DNA of 44,750 nucleotides from Candidatus Poribacteria bacterium (GTDB lineage Bacteria; Poribacteria; WGA-4E; PCPOR2b): NCBI GenBank assembly GCA_027296925.1, contig JAPUIP010000270.1, positions 1 to 44,750 of the forward strand, read 5' to 3'. Shown piece by piece: positions 29,755 to 36,537 of this stretch (position 1 is its first letter; each line of letters starts with the position of its first letter). The notes under the pieces were generated by a model. It saw only the letters and a program-made list of their open reading frames with translations, ran no database searches and was not told where the DNA came from. The position numbers and the translations under genes were made by a program.

Positions 29755-29785
29755 GTCGCATTTTGTAACGACCAAAGCATGCGAC
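29755..29785 (+). promoter_or_regulatory. inverted repeat GTCGCAT-N17-ATGCGAC (possible second EBP or bending-protein site)
   Basis: Perfect 7-nt arms at 29755-29761 and 29779-29785, about 80-110 bp upstream of the -24 element. An A6 tract follows at about 29800. Confidence 0.25.
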
Positions 29786-29862
29786 GGATATTCGCGCGAA
29801 AAAATAGCTCTGTCAAAGGCACGTCATATCTAGGTTCAGCCGATTCGCCTCCATGACGAATT

Positions 29863-29877
29863 TGGCACGGGGCTTGC
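29863..29877 (+). promoter_or_regulatory. sigma-54 (-24/-12) promoter TGGCACGGGGCTTGC
   Basis: Matches TGGCACG-N4-TTGCW at every conserved position with correct spacing: GG at 29864-65, GC at 29876-77. Lies immediately downstream of the EBP gene and upstream of a same-strand operon. Confidence 0.75.
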
Positions 29878-29902
29878 TTAACAGAATCGAAACAAAGGGT
29901 TA

Positions 29903-30046
29903 ATGAATTCCAAACACATTTCGTGTAACGTTCATTTTCCCGACGATTATTTTCGCGCGTCGAATCGATATTTTAGGCTGACGGACGGCTTTGGCATATT
30001 ACTGCCCACCATGCGGCATACCATTAGAGGAGTAGCACTTCCTTAA
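29903..30046 (+). CDS. candidate 47-aa small ORF in the sigma-54 leader (MNSKHISCNVHFPDDYFRASNRYFRLTDGFGILLPTMRHTIRGVALP)
   Basis: Translated by hand: ATG 29903, TAA 30044-30046. Begins about 15 nt after the predicted start site. Weak SD (AAAGGG, only 3 nt of spacing). Below the 60-aa cutoff of the ORF track. Confidence 0.2.
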   Translation: MNSKHISCNVHFPDDYFRASNRYFRLTDGFGILLPTMRHTIRGVALP

Positions 30047-30258
30047 TAGCGTCCTTAATCTTTCTCATTCTCACAACCCATATTTCTGAATCCAACGGGG
30101 ATTTGCCAAACGAATTCGAAGTCAGATTGCGACTTCGCCCCAACTATTCCTGCGATTTGGCATACCCCATTTTTTTTGGGCACTTGCATCCCCCTGCAGA
30201 CCCATTTGAGCAGCATATCGAAGTCAAAGGCTTATTGGAAAAGCCAGGAGAAGCAACA

Positions 30259-31353
30259 ATGAATTACCCCAGTGAACCCCTAATTCCCTCGCAGCCGATT
30301 AACTACATCCATACCCTTCACGAAGCGCTGAAACATCGCGATGAGGAAGTTCCATACTCATATCTCATGGGCGTCTCCGGCGAAGCTTTCCGCTTCTTTT
30401 ACAACCGCTCAGACCCCGAAGCGGGTATGAACACCTTTTTTCACAACCCCCTACGCGCGACCTGCCGGGCGCTCGGCTTCAAATATGAAGTCCTCTACGA
30501 TGACACCTATCAAGACGCCTCGAAACGGCTACGAGATAATATTCGTGACGGAAAGCCTTCACTACTTCCATTCCCAGACTCCTGCCCGTTTTTAGTTGCG
30601 GACAAACACGCCGAAACCTTTATATGTCAGAACGGTTATCGCTATCAACTCAACGCCCAAGACCTCCAGACGAAGTGGCAGCCGGGGGGTGGCTTCCTTG
30701 AGCTCGGTCCGCACGGATACTACCAATTCGTGATCGGCGAACGGGAACGCGAACCTAAGGAACGTGAGGCGGCGCTGGGGACACTACGATGTGCGAGAAA
30801 GCTAATGCGTACTCGCCGAAAAATACGCGACTGTGCGATCGGGCTCGCAGCTTATGACGAACTGATCGCACACTTAAACGGCATGCTGAACCGGAAAAGA
30901 AAGCTGACCGAGCAAGATGTCTACCAGATTGCAAAGTGGAATGGGCAACCGCTTCTACAATGCATCGAAGCTCGGAAAGCGGCGGTGGAGTATCTGCAGT
31001 TGGTCCGGGAGCATTTTGAAGACGAAGAGTTGGAGCATTTCGATAAAGCGATTGCCGCATATCAAAAAGTTGTCACGCTGTTGAGCGGCGTGCGGATGGT
31101 TCTGCCTTCGGTTTCGTCTCTGCAATCCACTCAGGACACAAAGCTCCGTGCCCGAATCGGGCGGGTATTTTCTCAAATGTACACTCGGTTTATCGCTGAT
31201 GAGCAGGCGAGACGCCTGCACGAAGTCGCGAGAATATTCAAGCCGGCTTGCCGAACGGCGATTAAGCTGCTCAAACAAACTGCCGGAGCGGAAGGCACCG
31301 CAATCAATGAAATCGAAGAGGTCCTGCGAACTAGCGAGAAGATGAAAATGTAA
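30259..31353 (+). CDS. hypothetical cytoplasmic protein; architecture reminiscent of BtrH_N/DUF4872-type papain-like proteins but without an evident catalytic Cys
   Basis: 364 aa from ATG 30259, with AGGAG 9 nt upstream; the track's TTG 30103 start lacks an RBS. YSYLMGVSGEAFRFFY parallels the LSE-x-MLFGLG-x-GLGFIY block of BtrH_N proteins, and the C-terminal half is helical. No TM segment or signal peptide. Confidence 0.7.
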   Translation: MNYPSEPLIPSQPINYIHTLHEALKHRDEEVPYSYLMGVSGEAFRFFYNRSDPEAGMNTFFHNPLRATCRALGFKYEVLYDDTYQDASKRLRDNIRDGKPSLLPFPDSCPFLVADKHAETFICQNGYRYQLNAQDLQTKWQPGGGFLELGPHGYYQFVIGEREREPKEREAALGTLRCARKLMRTRRKIRDCAIGLAAYDELIAHLNGMLNRKRKLTEQDVYQIAKWNGQPLLQCIEARKAAVEYLQLVREHFEDEELEHFDKAIAAYQKVVTLLSGVRMVLPSVSSLQSTQDTKLRARIGRVFSQMYTRFIADEQARRLHEVARIFKPACRTAIKLLKQTAGAEGTAINEIEEVLRTSEKMKM

Positions 31354-31434
31354 TCTTTGTCGCATTTGTAGCCACGACTTGAGTTGCTTCGGAATGGCGA
31401 TTTAATGACTTCTACATTTTCCAACCCCACCTAA

Positions 31435-31485
31435 CCTCCCCTTCGTAAGGGGAGGAATAGTTCTCCCCCTTGGAGTTAGAGGGGG
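31435..31485 (+). other. two adjacent CCUCC/GGAGG hairpins between gene 1 and the ABC gene
   Basis: CCTCCCCTT-CGT-AAGGGGAGG is a 9-bp perfect stem (31435-31455). CCCCCT-N9-AGGGGG spans 31465-31485. No U-tract follows either hairpin. Confidence 0.4.
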
Positions 31486-31561
31486 TCAAATGATCGACTT
31501 ATTTAGTTGCTATTCTTAGCGAATGAATCCGAAAGCTGAAAGCGATTAACAGGGGTAATCC

Positions 31562-33802
31562 ATGAAACAGTTTCTCCGGCTCTTCAAATACGCGAAGCCT
31601 TACCTGCCCAAACTCATTCTCGGTTTTGTGCTTGTTGTTATCGTTGGGCAGTCGCCGTTGTTTATGCCGCTTGTTCAGAAGTTTGTCATCGATGATATTC
31701 TGTTCCACTCCAATGAATCGCTGGCAGGTATCGATGTAGCGTTTCAAAGCGATTTAGACAATAACCCAGAGATTTCTAACGCGCTCAGAAATCAGCTTGA
31801 GGCGAGGGGAATTTCACTTTCGCCAAGCACTACCATCTCGGTTGAAAAGGTGGGGCAAAAATGGGAACTCACCGACAAGGAGACCGATCGGAAATACCGC
31901 ATCAGTCGGAAGGTGTTTCAGATTAAGTCAGAGCTTCAACGCGACTTAGCGCATCCCGATGGCATTTCAACCGATTTACGTCAGGAGTTTAATGATCACG
32001 GGATTCTGCTCTCTTCAAAGGCTACCATTTCGGTTGAAGAGCCAAACAGCCGGTGGCTCATCGTTGACCGGGAAAATGAAAAGAACCATCTGATCTCGAA
32101 AGAAAGTCGTCAGCTAAACGTCTACGAGGGTGAACTCAAGATTTATGTCGCAACGATCGCCCACAGCTTGTTTGGACGCGAATTTAATTACACATCGGTC
32201 GGCTGGTTGACGGTCATCCTGTTTACGATCATTATCTATTACGCGATTTTCGGTATCCTCTCCTACATCTGCACTTACGTGATGACATGGGTCAGTCAGC
32301 GCATCCTGTTCGATCTGAGAAATAGCGTCTTTTCCCACCTGCAAACGCTGTCCATGCGTTTCTACGACGTTCAGGGAACGGGACAGATTCTCTCACGGGT
32401 GAGAGAGGATGTCGCCTCCCTTCGTACCCTCGCCACCGATACATCAATCAAAATTATTACCGATGCGGTGACGTTCGTTGTCATGCTTATTTTTATGTTG
32501 AGTTGGAATTGGAAGCTGACCCTCTTTTCGCTGATGGTGTTTCCGCTGATCATCGGGAATTATCACTTCTTCATCAAGCGGCTGCGTCCGCTATGGCGGC
32601 AATGGCGGCACAAATGGGCGGACATTTCAACGGGGATGTACGAGGCGGTTGCGGGGGCGAAAGTGGTCAAGGCTTTTCATCGGGAACGTTACCATGAGCG
32701 GCAACTGTTCCATAATATGCGCCAAACTTTCCAATGGCAACTCAAAATGACCCAACACCGGATGGGGATGGAGCGTATCGCCCTTTTCTTCCGGGGAATC
32801 GGCAGGGCCTCTGTCCTCTGTTTTGGCGGTTATCTGGTCCTTCAGGGCGAATTCACCGTCGGGGCGATGGTCGCTTTCTACCAGTTTATGGAACGCCTTC
32901 AGGACCCAATTATGAACCTGATTAAGATCAACGCCACTATTCAGGAAGCGATGGTGTCTGCGGAGCGCGTTTTCGGTTTACTCGATTCTGAACCCACCGT
33001 TGAAGAGGCGCCCGATGCGATTGACCTCCCCAGAGTTCGCGGACACGTCAAGTTTGAAAACGTCTCCTTCAGCTATGAGCCCGAAAATCAGGTGCTGCAC
33101 AACATTACCCTCGAAGCGAAGCCGGGAATGATGGTGGCGTTGGTTGGACCGTCTGGCTGCGGCAAAAGCACCATCGCGAACCTGATTTCCAGATTTTATG
33201 ATCCGACGGATGGGGCAATATTGCTTGATGATCACGACCTCCGCAAAATCTCGCTCAAATCGCTGCGGAGCCAGATGGGGATTGTGTTACAGGATACTTT
33301 CTTGTTTCAAGGGTCAGTCGTGGAAAACATCCGATTCGGTCGGCTCAACGCCACAGACGAGGACGTTGTACAAGCCGCGCTCGCTGCCAACGCTCACGAA
33401 TTTATCGTCGATCAACTTCCGGAGGGGTATGAGACCGAGGTCGGAGAACGCGGCATGCGTCTCTCCGGCGGTCAAAAACAGCGCATTGCCATCGCGCGAA
33501 CCATTTTGCGAGATCCCCGCATCCTGATTTTGGACGAGGCGACTTCCTCTTTGGATACGGAGTCCGAGGCGCAAATCCAGGAGGCGCTTGAGCTGCTGAT
33601 GAAGGGCAGAACCTCTTTTGTCATCGCGCATCGACTCTCAACAATTTTGAGTGCGGACATGATTGTCGCGATGAAAGACGGCAAGATTGTTGAGGTTGGC
33701 ACGCACGAGCAACTGTTAGATGCCGATGGGATGTATGCGGGTATGTACGAAAAGCAGTTCAAAACAAAAGAGACCCTTGACGATTCTTCCTGGTCGGAGT
33801 AG
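31562..33802 (+). CDS. ABC exporter, fused permease/ATPase (MsbA-like) with a large insertion in extracytoplasmic loop 1
   Basis: 746 aa. Walker A GPSGCGKST, LSGGQKQR, ILILDEATS, IAHRL. About 160 extra residues lie between TM1 (..FMPLVQKFVIDDIL) and TM2 (GWLTVILFTIIIYYAIFG), compared with the 577-aa paralog at 13322. Confidence 0.9.
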   Translation: MKQFLRLFKYAKPYLPKLILGFVLVVIVGQSPLFMPLVQKFVIDDILFHSNESLAGIDVAFQSDLDNNPEISNALRNQLEARGISLSPSTTISVEKVGQKWELTDKETDRKYRISRKVFQIKSELQRDLAHPDGISTDLRQEFNDHGILLSSKATISVEEPNSRWLIVDRENEKNHLISKESRQLNVYEGELKIYVATIAHSLFGREFNYTSVGWLTVILFTIIIYYAIFGILSYICTYVMTWVSQRILFDLRNSVFSHLQTLSMRFYDVQGTGQILSRVREDVASLRTLATDTSIKIITDAVTFVVMLIFMLSWNWKLTLFSLMVFPLIIGNYHFFIKRLRPLWRQWRHKWADISTGMYEAVAGAKVVKAFHRERYHERQLFHNMRQTFQWQLKMTQHRMGMERIALFFRGIGRASVLCFGGYLVLQGEFTVGAMVAFYQFMERLQDPIMNLIKINATIQEAMVSAERVFGLLDSEPTVEEAPDAIDLPRVRGHVKFENVSFSYEPENQVLHNITLEAKPGMMVALVGPSGCGKSTIANLISRFYDPTDGAILLDDHDLRKISLKSLRSQMGIVLQDTFLFQGSVVENIRFGRLNATDEDVVQAALAANAHEFIVDQLPEGYETEVGERGMRLSGGQKQRIAIARTILRDPRILILDEATSSLDTESEAQIQEALELLMKGRTSFVIAHRLSTILSADMIVAMKDGKIVEVGTHEQLLDADGMYAGMYEKQFKTKETLDDSSWSE
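31772..32104 (+). repeat. protein-level tandem duplication (two ~47-aa modules) inside the ECL1 insertion
   Basis: Residues 71-117 (ISNALRNQLEARGISLSPSTTISVEKVGQKWELTDKETDRKYRISRK) align without gaps to residues 135-181 (ISTDLRQEFNDHGILLSSKATISVEEPNSRWLIVDRENEKNHLISKE). 18 of 47 positions are identical by hand count. Confidence 0.55.
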
Positions 33803-33821
33803 ATGAGAGGAAAGTAACACC

Positions 33822-35888
33822 ATGATCGAACGAAGTGTTCAAAAACAACGATGGATAAGCTTAGCACTGTTTATCATAATGGTATGCGCATGCACACCAC
33901 TTTTCGCCGGCGGTCGAAATGCCGGTCGTAGCATCAAAGCAAAATGGCTGGATGAACCGCCCGTTATTGATGGCGCGCTCTCGGAGGGCGTGTGGCAAAA
34001 GGCTGAGATCGCCACCAATTTTTTCCGTGCAGAAGGCGCTCGTGGCGTCCCCGCAACATTGAATACCAAAGCGATGGTCTTGTACGATGCAAACACGCTC
34101 TATGTTGGGGTGTATTGCGATGAACCGAATATGAACGCCCTCCGTGAAACGCAAACCCGTCGTGATGCCCCCGTTTGGCAGGATGACATGGTTCAGGTGC
34201 TGCTCGACACCTATCACGATCAGCGCAACTGTTACGTTCTGGCGGTGAATACGTTGGGAACGCAGATGGATGCGAAAATCGGCAACGAGAGCAATTTCGA
34301 TCAGGCGTGGGATGCGAAGTGGGATGCGAAGGTCAAAAAGAATGGAAACCACTGGACAGCGGAAATGGCCATCCCGTTCAGCGAACTCCGTTTTAATCCC
34401 CAAACGACGACATGGGGAATCAACTTTGCGAGATCGCATCCGATGGAAGGTACACGGTATTCGTGGTCAGATATGGGAGATGACTTTAGTCGGGTTTCAG
34501 CGTTTGGCGAGCTCGCGAATCTGGATTTCAGTAAAGTGAATACGGATCGAAAGATTGGCATTCTTCCTTACGTCACCCAACGCGCCGTGGAAAACGAACC
34601 GAGCAATACCAGCACCGGCGTGGACCTTGCCATCCCATTCTCGACAAACATCACCACAAACCTGACTTTCAACCCCGATTTTTCACAACTGGAGAGCGAT
34701 TCGACTCGAATCAATGTGTCGAGTAATCAGGAGTTGTATCTGCCGGAGCGACGCCCATTTTTCCGAGAAGGGGCAGATCTGTTTGAACTACCGCTAGATC
34801 TGTTTTACACGCGCCGGGTTCAAGAGATTGATTACGGTGTAAAATCGACGGGAAAGGTTGGCGACTACAACTTTGCCCTCATCGATACGTACGGGACGAT
34901 GGTTGACCGCTACGACGACGACCAGAAGAAGCAAGCAAATCTCTTTGCGGCGCGAGTCAACCGAAACATCGGCGAGCGAACGGTAATCGGCGTGATGGGG
35001 ATTCAGAAGCATCAGTCAGATCGCGATGTGACATTGCTCTCGCTGGATGGGCGGTTCCCCCTGCATCGTAACTTAACAGCTCGATCGCAATATGTGATGG
35101 ACTGGATTGATGGCGAGATGCACGGAGCATACCACGCCTCGATGGGCTGGCGGCATGAAAGCGGCTGGGGCGCAGATGTCCGGGTGGAAGAGATTCAAGA
35201 CGGCTTTCGTCCCAATGAAACCGGCCTCGAAGATGAGGCGTTCCGCAAGACATTTGGCCGCGTGCGGTACAGGCATCAGTTCGATAAAGGAAGCCTCATT
35301 CGAGGATTTCACGCAAGCGGCTATCACCTCTACAAAGTGAATGGACAGAATCTGTTATGGGCTCGGCGCGTTGGATTATCCGGCGGGGTTGATATTGGGA
35401 AATTTAATCTGTACACCTTTGGTGGGACCGGAGTACGACGGGAAGATGGCGCGCTTTACGACAGGCAATACATCGGTTCAGATATTAGCTACCGCCCCAA
35501 ATGGGGACGTTTATCGCTTTTCAATCGATTTGGCCCGCGTCAGAACAAATTCAGCCGGTTCACGCGGATCTCCGCCGATGTCAACCTCTTTGGCAAACTC
35601 ACCTTCAACATGAACGCGAGCAATTTCTTCTGGCGTGAAAACCAAAATACGTTCATCGTCGGTGTTAACGTCAACTACCAATTTATGCGGCAGATGGGCT
35701 GGCGAATCTTCGTGGAACGGATAGACGAGCGTCTTGAAAACGAAGTCAAGTACAATTTCAATTCCGTCTTTGATTACGCGTTCACCCCGGAAAGTCGCGT
35801 CTTCCTGGTCTTCGCCGATGGCACGGACGGCAACCGCGCGGTATTCACTAAAATGTCCTACCTGTTTGAATCGGATCTTCTGTTTTGA
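33822..35888 (+). CDS. CBM9-like / DUF5916-like outer-membrane beta-barrel protein
   Basis: Signal peptide ISLALFIIMVCACTPLFAGG. N-terminal WLDEPPVIDGALSEGVWQKAE...VLYDANTLYVGVYC is typical of the CBM9-type domain. A long beta-rich C-terminal region ends ...FESDLLF (terminal aromatic). Sits 19 nt after the ABC gene. Confidence 0.7.
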   Translation: MIERSVQKQRWISLALFIIMVCACTPLFAGGRNAGRSIKAKWLDEPPVIDGALSEGVWQKAEIATNFFRAEGARGVPATLNTKAMVLYDANTLYVGVYCDEPNMNALRETQTRRDAPVWQDDMVQVLLDTYHDQRNCYVLAVNTLGTQMDAKIGNESNFDQAWDAKWDAKVKKNGNHWTAEMAIPFSELRFNPQTTTWGINFARSHPMEGTRYSWSDMGDDFSRVSAFGELANLDFSKVNTDRKIGILPYVTQRAVENEPSNTSTGVDLAIPFSTNITTNLTFNPDFSQLESDSTRINVSSNQELYLPERRPFFREGADLFELPLDLFYTRRVQEIDYGVKSTGKVGDYNFALIDTYGTMVDRYDDDQKKQANLFAARVNRNIGERTVIGVMGIQKHQSDRDVTLLSLDGRFPLHRNLTARSQYVMDWIDGEMHGAYHASMGWRHESGWGADVRVEEIQDGFRPNETGLEDEAFRKTFGRVRYRHQFDKGSLIRGFHASGYHLYKVNGQNLLWARRVGLSGGVDIGKFNLYTFGGTGVRREDGALYDRQYIGSDISYRPKWGRLSLFNRFGPRQNKFSRFTRISADVNLFGKLTFNMNASNFFWRENQNTFIVGVNVNYQFMRQMGWRIFVERIDERLENEVKYNFNSVFDYAFTPESRVFLVFADGTDGNRAVFTKMSYLFESDLLF

Positions 35889-35916
35889 ACGACCTGAAAA
35901 TCAGTTTGAGTTTGAC

Positions 35917-35970
35917 AAAAAAGGTACCGGGAAATTTGGTGTGTACCGTCACTAAATGACTGTCACGGTA
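35917..35970 (-). terminator. possible terminator region for the minus-strand islet operon (also separates it from the convergent + operon)
   Basis: On the minus strand, TACCGTGAC-N9-GTGACGGTA (6+2 bp with one mismatch) is followed by GGTAC-N15-GTACC and then TTTTTT (35922-35917). The stems are weak. Confidence 0.3.
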
Positions 35971-36173
35971 TAGTAGTAAATCAGAAGATCGATCTGTTCA
36001 AACCGCGGTTTGAGCGATTCCTTGTAGTTGGTAAAGAATGTCTGTGCTTCTCGCGAAAAGTCTAGAACGGTTACGGTGATAATTTCATCGGAATATTGTT
36101 GATTTTGATGTTGCCACAGCCCTTGGAGTGGATTGGTTTCTTGCAACAGTGTAATGCCACGAAAGCGTTCCAA
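35952..36173 (-). CDS. hypothetical ORF in the same frame as 36258-36449, beyond an in-frame TGA; no ATG/GTG start
   Basis: The frame stays open from the TGA at 36258-36260 down to TAG 35952 (101 codons). The only canonical start is TTG 36173, with no SD. Low GC. Confidence 0.3.
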   Translation of the reverse strand: MERFRGITLLQETNPLQGLWQHQNQQYSDEIITVTVLDFSREAQTFFTNYKESLKPRFEQIDLLIYYYTVTVI

Positions 36174-36257
36174 GAGTTCTGTTCGAACTTCAAGGAGTTT
36201 CTTGGTTTCGATTTCTCTTCCATTGTTATTTGAAGTGGAAGATAGATCGTATACAAA

Positions 36258-36449
36258 TCAGCGAGGCGTGACATTTTGTTGGACCTCTTCAAAGGGCAAA
36301 CCCAGTTGTTTGAGAACTTCAAGTTGATAACGGTTGATAATATATAGATGTTTATCCGCAGGTGCAATCGATTGAATCGGCTGTCGTGTTTCTAATAAAG
36401 CGCGAAATACTTTTGCTTCCGATTCCTGAGACACTTTAATCGTTGGCAT
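36258..36449 (-). CDS. hypothetical 63-aa protein
   Basis: ATG 36449 is preceded by GGAGGATAGACA (GGAGG, 7-nt spacing). No recognisable family. Ends at TGA. Confidence 0.55.
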   Translation of the reverse strand: MPTIKVSQESEAKVFRALLETRQPIQSIAPADKHLYIINRYQLEVLKQLGLPFEEVQQNVTPR

Positions 36450-36537
36450 TGTCTATCCTCCACTTGTCGTATTCACTGCACTGTTTTGGTCGGGAGAATG
36501 CACATCTGGGGCCCCTACCATCTTACCGAATCGCATC

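Noticed and set aside
29568-29856. ORFs 29568-29822(-), 29647-29856(+) and 29317-29652(-) in the EBP-to-promoter spacer.
   Set aside because: They have no RBS, their products are compositionally odd, and they overlap each other and the palindromic candidate enhancer sites. The region is better explained as sigma-54 regulatory DNA.
29992-30006. TGGCATATTACTGCC in the leader of the sigma-54 operon, a possible second -24/-12 element.
   Set aside because: GG-to-GC spacing is one nucleotide too short (11 instead of 12 from G to G), and the -12 region is CTGC. Sigma-54 promoters do not tolerate spacing changes.
30103-30258. TTG start at 30103, which would add 52 aa to the first operon protein.
   Set aside because: It has no convincing SD, whereas ATG 30259 has AGGAG at 9 nt. 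The extension has no features of a domain or signal peptide. It is kept only as an alternative.
31490-31519. 9-codon mini-ORF (MIDLFSCYS) with GAGGGGG upstream.
   Set aside because: The apparent SD is simply the 3' arm of the second hairpin, and the ORF is too short to evaluate without conservation data.
36258-36260. Genome-wide UGA reassignment (code 4/25) or selenocysteine as the explanation for the in-frame TGA.
   Set aside because: Several well-defined genes here end at TGA at the expected C-terminus (for example 6697-6699, 15053-15055 and 2912-2914). The local peptide context has no redox Cys/Sec-type motif, and no sel genes are in the window. Read-through or pseudogenisation remain open (see findings).
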